DNA from: Eledone cirrhosa | Taxonomy: Eukaryota | Direction: 5' to 3' | Length of the DNA stretch: 64,000 bases | Assembly (NCBI GenBank): GCA_964016885.1 | Contig: OZ024746.1 | Coordinates: 78,120,001 to 78,184,000, forward strand | Shown here: positions 17,140 through 31,168 of the stretch, piece after piece | How positions within the stretch are numbered: the stretch's first letter is position 1 | How the letters are laid out: the number at the start of each line of letters is the position of its first letter | Made by a program: the position numbers and the translations under genes | Notes under the pieces: model-generated | Databases searched by the model: none | What the model was told of the DNA's origin: nothing | What the model saw: only the letters and a program-made list of their open reading frames with translations

Positions 17140-17763
17140 ATTTACAACAAAACTAGTGTGTTACTCGTCTTCCTTGGCCAAACGAGGAAAGCCAGTTATA
17201 AGAATAGGTGTGTAAGATGAGAAGCTAGGGGGGGAAGCTACATGGTTCTGTGCTTAAGTAGTTCGCATCACAGCCACATGGCTTCAGGTTCAGTCCTCTT
17301 AGGCAAAGCTTGAGTTGACCAATGCCTTTTGTAATTTGGTATATGATGACTGTGTAGAAGCCTGTCATGTATTTGTCTGTTCAAACCTCTCTGTTTACAT
17401 TTACTATTTGTTTATGTCCTCTAACTTTGCAGTTCAACAGAGAGATCGATAAAATAAGGACCAGGATTGTACAAAATAATTACTGGGCTCTATATGATCA
17501 AGGCAGTGCTCCAGCATGACCACACTTTAATGACTGAATAAAAGGAAACATATAGGTAGATAGTCTGATTGTTTTGCAGTGAGAAAGATAGAAAGATAAC
17601 CAGATAGATAGATAGACTAATTCATAAACTACGTAAATTGTTGAATATAAGGGCAGACAAGTAAATAGATTGATAAGTAGGTTTACAAATAGAAATATAG
17701 GTGAGTAAAGAAAAGTGTGGGTGTTTATGTGTGTGTGTGTGTATATATATACACATATATATA

Positions 17764-17817
<54 letters not shown>

Positions 17818-17820
17818 ATG

Positions 17821-17870
<50 letters not shown>

Positions 17871-17887
17871 TATACATATATATATGT

Positions 17888-17919
<32 letters not shown>

Positions 17920-18046
17920 GTGTATATATATGTATATATATATATATATGTGTATATATATATATGTATATATATGTGTATACATATGTATATATATATG
18001 TATATATATATGTATATATATGTATATATATATGTATATATATATG

Positions 18047-18083
<37 letters not shown>

Positions 18084-18098
18084 GTATATACATATATG

Positions 18099-18177
<79 letters not shown>

Positions 18178-18199
18178 GTATATATATATGTATATGTAT

Positions 18200-18265
<66 letters not shown>

Positions 18266-18280
18266 GTATATATATATATG

Positions 18281-18327
<47 letters not shown>

Positions 18328-18366
18328 GTATATATATATGTATATATATATATATATGTATATATA

Positions 18367-18432
<66 letters not shown>

Positions 18433-18990
18433 TGAGATGGGTGGCTAGATGGTTTGAATGGGATATTAAGTAGGTAGTCAAACGTAAAGATAAGCAAGTT
18501 TGTAGATAGACAGAATGTTTATGCATGCTAGTTTGCAACATTTTCCATCCGAAATAAAATGTAGAACATCTTTTCTGTTGTATAGTAGGCTTGTTGATAT
18601 TTGTAAGGCATCTGTCATCTTCGCTATCTTCAACTCAACAATTTTGATTAAGTATTCTTAAGTACCGCTGGCACCAACTGCTACCATCGACATCAGAATT
18701 CCTGATGAGCTGGAGAAAGCTTTAGTCGTTGAATAGAAATGGGCGAGGCTATCTGCGTTTTTCTGTGATCAATAATGCCATAATACCTTTTAGTCTCAGT
18801 GGCTAAGACCGATAAAGTTCTGTTCTTCTGTGCTGTCGAGTCGAGAGTGCAACAGCAACGTTAGCAACAACATCAGCAAGCATTCTTGTTCTTGTGTATA
18901 TGCATGCTTTTCTTTTCAAACAAATGACGACGGTGCTATCAAGTTTGTGTTTTGTTGTGTTGCTTTGTTTGTTTTGTTTGTTTTGTTTGT

Positions 18991-19022
<32 letters not shown>

Positions 19023-19143
19023 TGCTCACAAGTTCTATTTGGGAAAGGAAAAGTAGAAGTGTGGATAAAAGAAAGGAAGAGAAAAGCCTGTATCTCATTG
19101 CATTGTGTTGTTTTGCATACTTCATATATATCTATATCTATAT

Positions 19144-19175
<32 letters not shown>

Positions 19176-19187
19176 GTATTTATATAA

Positions 19188-19233
<46 letters not shown>

Positions 19234-19250
19234 ATAAATATATGTATTTG

Positions 19251-19328
<78 letters not shown>

Positions 19329-19524
19329 GAGAGAGAGAGGTGTGTGTGTGTATTGATGCAATAGAAAGACAAGCAATTGTTGCAAGTGAATTGGAAATAT
19401 ACTGGCCACAAGAAAGATTTAAAGTGGAAACATCTTTGAGAGAAGGACACCTTCTGAGAACAATTGTAGCACACGAAAGAGATGGAAGAAGAAGGTGCAG
19501 AAAGAGGGTTGGGTGGAGGAAAGG

Positions 19525-19560
<36 letters not shown>

Positions 19561-19798
19561 TATAATCTATAATATATATATATATATATATCTGTGTGTG
19601 TTTATAGATAGATAAAAGTTGATACAGCTTAGATAGATATGTCATACACAGTCATACAGACACACAGACACATATATATTTATAAATATATTTATATGTA
19701 TGTCTAACCCATGCTAGCGTGGAAGATAGGTGTTAATCGATGATGATATATATGTATATATATATATATATATGTATGTATGTGTATGTGTATGTATG

Positions 19799-19831
<33 letters not shown>

Positions 19832-20076
19832 ATATATATGTATGTATATATACATGTATATATATATATGTCTATATACATGTATATATATGTATATATA
19901 TATATGTATATATACATGTATATATATGTATATATATATATATGTATGTATATATGTATGTATATATATATGTATATATACATGTGTGTATATATATGTA
20001 TGTATATGTGTATATATATGTGTATGTATATATATGTGTATATATATGTGTATGTATATATATATGTGTGTATGTA

Positions 20077-20115
<39 letters not shown>

Positions 20116-20929
20116 ATATGTATATATATAAGTATATGTATGTATATATGTATGTATATATATATGTTTATATACATGTGTGTATATGTATGTATATATG
20201 TATGTATATATATATGTTTATATACATGTGTGTATATATATGTATATATATGTGTATATATATATGTATATATATGTGTATATATATGTGTATGTATATA
20301 TGTATATATATATATGTATATATATATATGTATGTGTATGTATATATGTATATATATTTATATGTATATGTATGTATATATGTATATATATATGTATATG
20401 TATGTATATATGTATATATATATATATATATATGTGTATATATATTCATATTGAGAAACAAGGGGGTGGGTAGTATTGAAATTCATGTTATGACTTCATG
20501 AATAAGCCATCATGTTTGCTTGAAGACGAGTAGAACATATTAATATATAATGTATGGAAGCAACAGCAACAACCACTTCCATTATATTTTCCATAATAGT
20601 CTCTCTCTCTCTAAGTAAAATTAAACATGATCATGTGCTAAAATACTTAAACACAAACATAGAAAAACAAATAGCTGGACATATATATATATATATATGT
20701 ATGTGTCTGTGAAATGAATAGATAGATAGTTTATACTCTGCTGGAATTACTGTATATTTTAGACCTTTCATTACCATACTTCTCATGAAGGACACTGCCT
20801 TTTATTTTCATGTATTTTTGAAAATAATAAAAAAAAATTTGAAGGATTTAGTAATATAACTAACTTTCTCATTATTAAGTTGGTGTTTGGAGCATAATTT
20901 CACAATATTTGGAGGGATTTAGTGATTGC

Positions 20930-21140
20930 CCTATGTACTGTACATGCACTTTTTGATGAGTTGTGGTGCACCTGGGCACTGTACACAATATTTCATTATT
21001 ATTATTATTATTATTATTATATCATGACTCATACACTGTTCATTTTCCTGACATTTGTACATTATTCTATGTACTATACATGCACCTTTGATGAGTTGTA
21101 GTGCACCTGAGCACTGTACACAATAATTTCATTATTATTA
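20930..21140 (+). mobile_element. Two tandem 3' ends of a LINE (CR1/L2-like) with (TTA)n tails
   Basis: CTATGTACT.TACATGCAC.TTTGATGAGTTGT.GTGCACCTG.GCACTGTACACAATA.TTTCATTATTATT occurs twice. The clade assignment is tentative. Confidence 0.6.
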
Positions 21141-21261
21141 TATGTTACTAACTTTCTCATGACTATCATGTGTAAAATCAGCTGGAAAATCAGCTGGAAT
21201 TTGCAGAAAACATGGTATTACTTAACTTGTCGGAAGGTGAGGTGATCTCCATTTTGCATTT

Positions 21262-21430
21262 GATAGGTTTGATGCCGAGTGCTGCATGGCTGGAATGAAA
21301 ATCAGAATTCCACTGAATCAGGTAGAGAAGTTGAAGTATCTCAGGGCTGTGTTCGCAAGTGATGGTAGGAAGGTGGCTGAATTAAGTGCAACAATTGCAG
21401 GAGCTGATGCAGTAATGCACCAGCTAGATC
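21262..21430 (+). mobile_element. RTE-clade LINE ORF remnant
   Basis: Translates to FDAECCMAGMKI...PLNQVEKLKYLRAVFASDGRKVAELSATIAGADAVMHQL. Paralogous to 21765-21900. Confidence 0.8.
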
Positions 21431-21699
21431 AGTTGCAGATGGTTGCTTCTGACAGCACCCACTAGAAGTCCTGCTTGAGGACTCTGCCCTCACAACCTTC
21501 TCAGGAATATGTGGGCAAAGAAGAAGACTAACTTTCTTATTATTAGCCTTTGCTAAGGGTGGTGGATTGGCAGTATCATTAGAGCGTCAGACACCATGCT
21601 TTGCAGTATAGAGTTATGGCCCTTTGCATTACCTATTTCTCAGACATAAAATAGGAGAGTCGGCTTATATTCAAGTATATAGGCTGTATATATTACATA

Positions 21700-21751
<52 letters not shown>

Positions 21752-21764
21752 ATATAAATAATTA

Positions 21765-22102
21765 TCTGTGAATGGAGTTCCACTGAAGCATGTGGAGAAG
21801 TTCAAGTACCTTGGGGCTGTGTTCACAAGTGATGAAAGGCAGGTGGATGAATCAAGTGCAAGAATTGCAGGAGCTGGTGCAGTAATGCACCAGCTTCAGC
21901 ATTTGGTAATCAGAAGAAGGGAGGTAGGTGTAAAAGCCAAACTCGCTGCCAACCCTTGCCTAGGGTCATGTATCTTGGGTAATGACCGAAAGAATATGAT
22001 TGCGAATACAAACAGCAGCTGAAGTGGGGTTCCTCCATAGGGTCTTTGGCGTAACGTTACTCGATAGAGTGTGGAGCTCAGAGATCAGAGAGTCACTCCT
22101 CC
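21765..22102 (+). mobile_element. RTE-clade LINE, post-RT/thumb region remnant (frameshifted)
   Basis: VNGVPLKHVEKFKYLGAVFTSD...RIAGAGAVM, then RIQTAAEVGFLHRVFGVTLLDRVWSSEIRESL. These are typical RTE ORF motifs. Confidence 0.9.
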
Positions 22103-22231
22103 TCATCGTCATCGTCGTCATCATCATCATCATCGTCATCGTCATCATCATCATCATTTTTCGGTTAAATGTTTTACAGCTGAATGCCTTTCCTGTTGCC
22201 AACTCTTTTAATCAGCAGGTTACAGTGTGCT

Positions 22232-23447
22232 TATTCTAAAAATTGGAATACACCCTCTCTATTCTAATAATTGGAATACACCCTCTCTATTCTAAAAATT
22301 GGAATACACCCTCTCTATTCTAAAAATTGGAATACACCCTCTCTATTCTAAAAATTGGAATACACCCTCTCTATTCTAAAAATTGGAATACACCCTCTCT
22401 ATTCTAATAATTGGAATACACCCTCTCTATTCTAATAATTGGAATACACCCTCTCTATTCTAATAATTGGAATACACCCTCTCTATTCTAAAAATTGGAA
22501 TACACCCTCTCTATTCTAATAATTGGAATACACCCTCTCTATTCTAAAAATTGGAATACACCCTCTCTATTCTAAAAATTGGAATACACCCTCTCTATTC
22601 TAAAAATTGGAATACACCCTCTCTATTCTAATAATTGGAATACACCCTCTCTATTCTAATAATTGGAATACACCCTCTCTATTCTAAAAATTGGAATACA
22701 CCCTCTCTATTCTAATAATTGGAATACACCCTCTCTATTCTAATAATTGGAATACACCCTCTCTATTCTAAAAATTGGAATACACCCTCTCTATTCTAAA
22801 AATTAGAATACACCCTCTCTATTCTAATAATTGGAATACACCCTCTCTATTCTAATAATTGGAATACACCCTCTCTATTCTAAAAATTGGAATACACCCT
22901 CTCTATTCTAAAAATTGGAATACACCCTCTCTATTCTAAAAATTGGAATACACCCTCTCTATTATAAAAATTGGAATACACCCTCTCTATTCTAATAATT
23001 GGAATACACCCTCTCTATTCTAAAAATTGGAATACACCCTCTCTATTCTAAAAATTGGAATACACCCTCTCTATTCTAAAAATTGGAATACACCCTCTCT
23101 ATTATAAAAATTGGAATACACCCTCTCTATTATAAAAATTGGAATACACCCTCCCTATTCTAAAAATTGGAATACACCCTCCCTATTCTAAAAATTGGAA
23201 TACACCCTCTCTATTCTAAAAATTGGAATACACCCTCTCTATTATAAAAATTGGAATACACCCTCTCTATTATAAAAATTGGAATACACCCTCTCTATTA
23301 TAAAAATTGGAATACACCCTCCCTATTCTAAAAATTGGAATACACCCTCTCTATTCTAAAAATTGGAATACACCCTCTCTATTCTAAAAATTGGAATACA
23401 CCCTCTCTATTCTAAAAATTGGAATACACCCTCTCTATTATAAAAAT
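22232..23447. repeat. 28-bp tandem array, about 43 copies
   Basis: Unit TATTCTAA(A/T)AATTGGAATACACCCTCTC. Confidence 0.98.
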
Positions 23448-23579
23448 ATTTCCTATGTAAATTTCCTACAACTCAGTTATATCCATTTTCTTAATCACTT
23501 TAAAATATTTGTGTAGATATTTAAACAGCTCATATAAACTCCATTATATAAAAATATTGAAATATAGCCTACAGATCTT

Positions 23580-23633
<54 letters not shown>

Positions 23634-23701
23634 TATATACACATATATACGTGTATATATATATATTTATATATATATATGTATGTATATATATATATAT
23701 A

Positions 23702-23855
23702 TAACGAAGGAGTTGTGGTAAGGAACTAGATGGACCATAACGCACGAGAGTACTCAATACTTAGGGTAGTAGAGTGGGTAATAGCAAAATGTATGACTCC
23801 GACGGCTGAGCTCGAGCCGTTTCGACGGCTATTTCTGGACTCATATTTCTGGACA
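23702..23855 (-). mobile_element. Penelope-like terminal fragment with a 5'-truncated hammerhead motif
   Basis: Minus strand reads ATGAG...CGAAACGGCT-CGAGCTC-AGCCGTC (GAAA, stem III, GUC). Carries GTACTCAATAC at 23750 and lies between TA and TG microsatellites. Confidence 0.5.
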
Positions 23856-24042
23856 CGTGTGTGTGTGTGTGTGTGTGTGTGTAATCAATCGTTTCCAACT
23901 TTGTCTTGGGTGTAACTGTTCATTGTTTTCTCCCATAAGATAAAGCATAACTGGTGCTACGCACTAATACTGTGCTATACACACGCACACGTGTGTGTGT
24001 GTGTATATATATACGCGTGTGTGAGTGTATATATATATATAC

Positions 24043-24083
<41 letters not shown>

Positions 24084-24093
24084 CGTGTGTGTG

Positions 24094-24160
<67 letters not shown>

Positions 24161-24941
24161 CATATACACATGCATCCTCTTCTCATGCAAGCAGTTGTTA
24201 TGCAGGAGAGACATGTTGTCTGCATCTGCTGCTGCTGCTGCTGCTGCTGCTGGTTAACATATCTCACGAGAGACAACAATAATGGCTTTTATTTCCCAAG
24301 ACTACTTCAATACATTTTGCATTTGACTGAGGGAATTCTTTCATGAAGAATTGCTGTGAAATTCCAAATAACCAGTGTAAAGGGACTATCATAAATCTTA
24401 TATGCAATTATTATTGGGGTCCCCTTTTTACTCCTGGCAAACCACAAATTTTGATTGATGCTGACTGCCATAAATTCTCTCCATTTTAAACCTGGTTGCA
24501 TCGTTTGTTTTACATTGTAGAAAGACACTTTCCTCTCACTAGTCTCTCTCATTGCTACTTCTCCCTGATTTCTCTGTCTCATCCCACCTCATCCCACCTC
24601 ACCTCACTCCTATTAATAAAAAAAAAACCTGAATTGATTCGATAAAAATATTGATTGAAATGTTTTTTTCCCTTGCCTATCTCTGCCTGTTTGCTGAATT
24701 ATGTTTCAAAACTGTGACACTACAGGGTAGATAGGACTCTTCGGTCTTGCTGAGGACATGACAACCTTTCTAGTGCCGGTGCTATGATAAAATGCACTCG
24801 GTACACTCTGTAAAGTGTTAGTTTTATATTTTACAAAGATACGACCTCCCTCTTAGTAGTTCCCTTATTTTAAATCCGTCTATCAACTCTTAACATTCTG
24901 TAATGATTTAGTAGAACATAGTTTAATGCCAGGTCTGTTAA

Positions 24942-25327
24942 CCCTTTATTATTTACGTCGGACGCCATGCTTTCCAGCATAGTTACGACCCTTTAATTGC
25001 TGAGTTCAAATCCCGCCAAGGTTAACTTTGCTTTTCATCCTTACGGGGTCGATAAAATAAAGTACCAGTAATGTACTGGGTAATTGCTGGCCTTGTGCCA
25101 AAAGTAGAAACAATTATTTACATTACTCTATATACACTGTTGTATTTTTGTGGCAACGGCTCTACTTTACTTAATTATCTCACATAATATCTAATCTACG
25201 AGATTTTGATATTATTTATTTTGAGAACAATACCTTAACATAAGTATGAGTGGCCAGTTACGGTTGGTTTGAACAGAAAGAAGTGAGAGAATTCTGGCCA
25301 GATACAGCCGGTTTAAATGCTAAAGAG
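24942..25327. mobile_element. Family A TTAA MITE interrupted by a 5'-truncated tRNA-SINE (about 24957-25118)
   Basis: ttaaCCCTTTA start and ...GCTAAAGAGttaa end. The SINE body GAGTTCAAATCCCGCC...GGGGTCGATAAAATAAAGTACCAG is flanked by a repeated ATTATTTAC. Confidence 0.8.
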
Positions 25328-25470
25328 TTAATATGAATGTCTATAGTATCTGAGGTGGACAGATCATTGTGAAAACTTGTACTGTTGAGCAAAGTTTTAA
25401 ACATTTTTAATGTGATGTAGTCAATTACCCTAAAAATAACGTGTATGTATGGTTGTTGATTGACTCTTAA

Positions 25471-25690
25471 CCCTTTAATGTTCAAACCGACCAAAACTGG
25501 CCAGAATTCTCTACCTCTTTTTGTTGAAACTGGCTGTAACCGGTCGCTCAAACTGATGTTAAGGTATTGTTCTCAAAATAAATACTTTCAAAATCTCATA
25601 GATTCGATATTATGTGAGATAATTATGCGAGGTAAAGCCTTTACCATGAAAATATAATAGCATATATAGAGTAATGTAAATGTTAAAGGG
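25471..25690. mobile_element. Family A TTAA MITE, full length
   Basis: ttaa|CCCTTTAA...TTAAAGGG|ttaa. Further copies at about 25954-26167, 29971-30183, 32466-32679, 43403-43657, 49945-50350 and from 62246. Confidence 0.88.
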
Positions 25691-26650
25691 TTAACATCCT
25701 GCAACGATTCAGCTGAATCACTAGCAACAGGTTTGTGAATTCAGATGTTTATAGAATCTTTACTAGTGGACAGATTATTTTGAACATTTGCAGTAAACTA
25801 AAGATTTTAATTTTTAATGTGATGCAGTCCTAGTGCTGTTTTGTCTTTTCAAGAATGTCTTATTAACATTAAAAATTAAAAGACTGAAATGAAGTAGATA
25901 AATATTGGTCAGTTTTTTTTTCTTTCATCACCTATCTCTGCCTGCCTACTTAAAAACTTTAGCATTTAAACCAGCTATGTCCGGCCACAACTCTCCTCAC
26001 CTCTTTCTCTTCAAACTGGCTGTAACACTGATGTTAAGGTTTTGTTCTCAAAATAAATAACATCAAAATTCTCGTAGATTCAATATTATGTGAGATATTT
26101 ATATAAGATAAAGTCTTTATTGTGAAAATACAATAGTAAACATAGAATAATGTAAATGCTAATGAGTTAATTATATTTCAGAACAGGATAAAGAGAAGTT
26201 TTCAGGCTTACTGTATACATGGTGGACTCTCAAACATTGGAGCAATGATAAAATGAACCCAGTACTCTTTGTAAAATGGTTGGCCTTAGTAAAGGCATCC
26301 AGCTCTTGTTTCTCTCCTCTCTCTCTCCTCTCTCTCTCTCTTGACTTGTCCAGTCTTGGTCCATGACAATCTGTACAACCTCTGACAACAGGGAAAATGG
26401 ACATGAAGTAATGATGATGATGATGATGATAACACAGACACACACACACACACACACACGCATGCATCCGTACATGTATACATTTGTGCATATGTGCATT
26501 TATGTAGTTATGTATGGGTGTGAAAGTATATATATGTGGCATGTGTGTGTGTGTGTGTGAATGTTTAACAGCTTAGATATTTATTTAGTGAATACCTTAG
26601 CTATTCTGTTACCAGGAAGAATATTAGCCAATTAATCTAAACACCATGCA

Positions 26651-26709
<59 letters not shown>

Positions 26710-27394
26710 TGTATGTCTGTCTGTCTCCCTCTGTATGCATGTCTGTCTCTCTCTCTCTCCCTCTCTCTTTCCTTTCCCCCTCATTCCACTTCAGTAATCT
26801 GGAGAAATTATCATAATTATCATAAGGAATATTACTAACATTTATTACTGTTGTTGATAACATCCTCCACCCTGCAACACACCCTAACAACAACAACTAC
26901 AATAACAACTACAATAGCAACAACAACAGTAACAACAACAACAATACCAACAACAATAACAACAACAGTAACACCAACAATAACAACAACAACAATAACA
27001 ATGATAACAACAACAGTAACAACAACAATAGCAATAACAACAGTAACAATTTCCTCCAACATTGCTACTACATACCAAATAGAAAGAGAAAAGTTTTAAT
27101 CACAGTACTAACTACATAGTCAATTAAACAAAGTAATTTAAGACCCAGTGAACTGGATAGCCACTATTAACTTAGTTAATAAGAACAACTAGACATTACC
27201 TCACCCCTGCTTACTCCCACCCCATGAAATAAATACAAGGTAATTAATATCCCCCACCTTCTCTCCACTCACCCACATGCTCTCTGTCTTCCCTCTCTGT
27301 CTTCCCTCTCTCTCTGCGCTCTCTCTCTCTCGCTCTCTGTGCTCTCTCTCTCTCTCTCTCTCACCACATACACACACACACATACACACACACA

Positions 27395-27436
<42 letters not shown>

Positions 27437-28302
27437 TACACACACTCTCTCCCACACATACTCACACACTCTCTCTCTCACACACTCTCTCACACACACT
27501 CACTCTCTCTCACACACTCTCACTCTCTCGCACACTCTCACACTCTCTCACACACACTCTCTCTCTCATACATACACACTCTCTCACACATCACACACAC
27601 ACACACTCACGCCCCTCACCCCACACACATACAGAAAGGTTTTCATTAAAAAATAATGCCATATGTATAATAGTAATAACTTTACCAGAGGCTGATGGCT
27701 AGAAATTTAGAAGTTGGTCAATTAACCCTAGAACATGCTACAATTCTTTATCAACTCCTCACAAGGTTGAAAAGTAAAGTTGATCATGTTATTTGTGAAA
27801 GATATGATAGCCTTGGTTGGAGAGCCTTTGATTATAGGTTTGTTCAACCAAAGCTGACCTGGGGCTAAACAACAATGACAACAGTAAATAATAGAGCCAA
27901 CAGCTTTACTAGTTTAGTGGATCTGTCAGTCAATCTATGTCTTTTTCTGATCTTGTCTGTATTAAAGACGGGATGGTCATGGCTGGCTTGCCTTTAACAA
28001 CAACAACAAAGGCAACAATAGTAAACTATAGAGTCAACAGTTTTACTAGTTTAGTGAATCTGTCAGTCAGTTTATATAAGTTCTTTTCTGATTCTGTCTC
28101 TCTTAAAGACAGGGTGGTCATGGTTGGCTTGCTGTTAACAACAATTGTAAACAAGTCAAAATATGTAACTAATTACGTAAATCAATGTCATTCTATATAA
28201 TTATTTTTTTAATCATTAGCATTATCATCATCATCATTGCCACCATTTTTAATCTGTTTCTCCATGGTTGGATGGGGGTTCTCTCTTCTTGTTTTATTCC
28301 TT

Positions 28303-28562
28303 CATCATTTCCTCTGTGAGATTCAGTGTTTTAAGGTCAGCTTTCACCAATTCAGCTCAGGTCATCCTTGGTCTTCTTCTGCAGCTTGGCACTTCTTTAC
28401 TCAAAGATCATCATATATACAGATCAAATGTCCATAACAGCGTAGTCTTCTCTCCTGCACACTATATCTTATTCCTCTTATACCACAGTTTTTCCCTCAG
28501 TTCATCTGTACAACATTCTTCATGCACATTAACATCACACATCCATCATATCACGCTCACTT
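28303..28562 (-). mobile_element. RTE LINE C-terminal remnant
   Basis: Minus strand translates, with stops and frameshifts, to WMCDVNVH...ELREKL/GIRGIRYSVQERRLRCYGHL...RPRMT..LVKADLKTLNL. This matches the RTE RRLRWxGH...GRP region. Confidence 0.8.
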
Positions 28563-28654
28563 TGTTTCTCTCCATCCTTTACATATATTCTGTGTTCATT
28601 GACAATGTCTCACTTCACATGCAGGCATCACACTTCACATGCAGGCATCATATA

Positions 28655-28810
28655 CCATATTTCCTGGTGTCGAAGACGCTTCGTATTCGAGGATGCACCC
28701 TAATTTTGACAACCAAAAATATTAAACAACCTTCGGCCTCCAGGACCATGGTAGATTTTTTTAGACTTATTTTAGGGAAAAAGTTGCATCTTCGATGCCG
28801 GGAAATATGG
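28655..28810. mobile_element. Tc1/mariner (pogo/Tigger-type) MITE
   Basis: TIRs of about 25 bp: CCATATTTCCTGGTGTCGAAGACGC and GCATCTTCGATGCCGGGAAATATGG. TA on the left, TC on the right. Confidence 0.8.
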
Positions 28811-29053
28811 TCGTCTACACTTCCCTCAGAAAAAAGATCCTATCATTGTTGACAGAAGTAGTAGCTCTATGAACTTTTTCCACCTTGTTCTTCTTATTAT
28901 GGTTATAATTATTAGAGATGGGATGGTTATAGCTGGAATGGCTTTGATCATATATCTGCTCAATCAAGGTAGACCGAGGGTTAAACAATAACAGTTATCA
29001 AGTCAAGATCTTCAGTCATTTTGTGAATCTCTCTTTCTCTCTCTCTGAATATA

Positions 29054-29110
<57 letters not shown>

Positions 29111-29306
29111 GTAGGTCCCGGGTTGAGTCGGGGATAACCACAGTAAGTAAGGTACTCAATACATGGCAGAGTAAAATTTTTTTATTTTATAGAAGGAACT
29201 TCTACAGGACTAGTACTGTTTCATTCAGATGAAATCTTCAGGAATCTTCAGAGCTTCCTGAAGATTTCATCTGAATGAAACAGTACTAGTCCTGTAGAAG
29301 TTCCTT

Positions 29307-29312
<6 letters not shown>
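29111..29312. mobile_element. Penelope-like inverted terminal repeat (58-bp perfect arms, 10-nt spacer)
   Basis: Arms at 29187-29244 and 29255-29312, each carrying CTGAAGA...GAAAC...GTC on opposite strands. Embedded in (TA)n. Confidence 0.7.
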
Positions 29313-29403
<91 letters not shown>

Positions 29404-30509
29404 ATATATATATGAATGTATGTATATATATATATGTCATTGTCGATCATGTCTTTTATTTGTTTTTTTTCACACTTCTGTAAAACATCATCTAATTGTA
29501 TTAGTGAGTTCAATATACTAAATTGCTAGTTTTTAGAGAGACAGGGACAAACAGACAGATAGACAGATAGATAATGACAGCAAACACACCACAAATGCAA
29601 CAATAGAAACAAAAATAATAACAACACACTTATTTGAATGATTATTGAAACAAATTCCTTGAGTATAAACTTAAAATAAACTTATTTTTCTTTCCATTCA
29701 AATACTTTCAAATTAACAAGGAAAGAAAAGAAAATAATATATAAATTTTAAAAAAATATAAAAATAAAATATTGAAGTTTTTATTCATTTTTTATAGATT
29801 TCGTGTTGTTTAGGGGGGATTTTTTTTCAATATTTTTCTAGCAGTTTATGCCTTTATTGTGATTGTTTTGGGAAAAGCATGTTCAATGTAAATTAGAAAT
29901 TCATCCTGGGTCATGAGCTCCTGCTGGTGTTGTAGAGGTGGTGTTATGATACATGTTTTGGAGCATTTTAACTCTTAAGCATTTAAACTGGCCACATCCG
30001 GCCAGAATTCTCTCACCTCTTTCTGTTCAAATCAGCCATAATCAGCCCCTCATACGGTATTTTTCTCAAAATAAATAATATCAAAATCTCATAGGTTTGA
30101 TATTATGTGAGATAATTATGTAAAGATAAAGCTTTTACTGTGAAAATACAATAGTAAATATAAAATAATGTAAATGCTAAGAGTTAAACTTGCTGTGGCC
30201 CATCACAGATTTGATCACTGCCAATTTCTTCCAGAGAAAAAAGAGAGAGAGAGAGGAGGGGAGAGGAAGCATGAACCCCACTGCTGGACTGGTATTTTAT
30301 TTATTGACTTGACCTCAAAAGAATGAAAGTGGGATTTGAACTCAAAGCATAGAAAGCTAAAATAAATACTGTAGAGTATTCTACTGGATGTTATAAGGAC
30401 TGTACCACTTCTTCAGAGTTGAGCAAATTAAGGAAAACTTTAAACGGAACAGTGTTACCTTTCATGATATTTCCAGATTAGGATCCCTTTTTCAAAAGTA
30501 AAGACATGG

Positions 30510-31168
30510 AGAATTGTGCTGTTCTGCAGTAGATGGAATGTAGTGTGGTTGACATGTGGTGTTGAAGACATGTAGTGTTGTACTGCAGTAGAAATGGAGT
30601 GTCGTGTGGTTGACATGTGGTGTTGTACTGCAGTAGATGGAGTGTAGTGTGGTTGACATGTGGTGTTCTACTGCAGTAGAAATGGAGTGTAGTGTGGTTG
30701 ACATGTGGTGTTCTACTGCAGTAAAAATGGAGTGTGGTGTGGTTGGCATGTGGTGTTGAAGACATGTAGTGTTGTACTGTTGTAGAAATAGTGTGGCGTT
30801 GTTGACATGTGTTGTACTGCAGTAGAAATGGAGTGTGGTATTGTTGACATGTGGTGTTGTACTGCAGTAGAAATGGAGTGTGGTATTGTTGACATGTGGT
30901 GTTGTACTGCAGTAGAAATGGAGTGTGGTATTGTTGACATGTGGTGTTGTACTTCAGTAGAAATGGAGTGTGGTATTGTTGACATGTGGTGTTGTATTGC
31001 AGTAGAAATGGAGTGTGGTATTGTTGACATGTGGTGTTGTATTGCAGTAGAAATGGAGTGTGGTATTGTTGACATGTGGTGTTGTACTTCAGTAGAAATG
31101 GAGTGTGGTATTGTTGACATGTGGTGTTGTACTGCAGTAGAAATGGAGTGTGTTGTTGGAGACATGCA
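30510..31168. repeat. 45-bp minisatellite, about 14 copies
   Basis: Unit GTACTGCAGTAGAAATGGAGTGTGGTATTGTTGACATGTGGTGTT. Confidence 0.95.

Noticed and set aside
18702-18722. CTGATGAG...GAAAG hammerhead-like core
   Set aside because: No room for stem II and no stem I or III pairing.
19340-19615. 91-aa ORF with a non-repetitive core (…LREGHLLRTIVAHERDGRRR…)
   Set aside because: No convincing splice sites. It faintly resembles a decayed RTE C-terminus but is too weak to call.
22232-23447. CRISPR-like array (28-bp quasi-palindromic repeat)
   Set aside because: The repeats are contiguous with no unique spacers, there are no cas genes, and the context is eukaryotic. The same applies to the 61-, 45- and 48-bp arrays.
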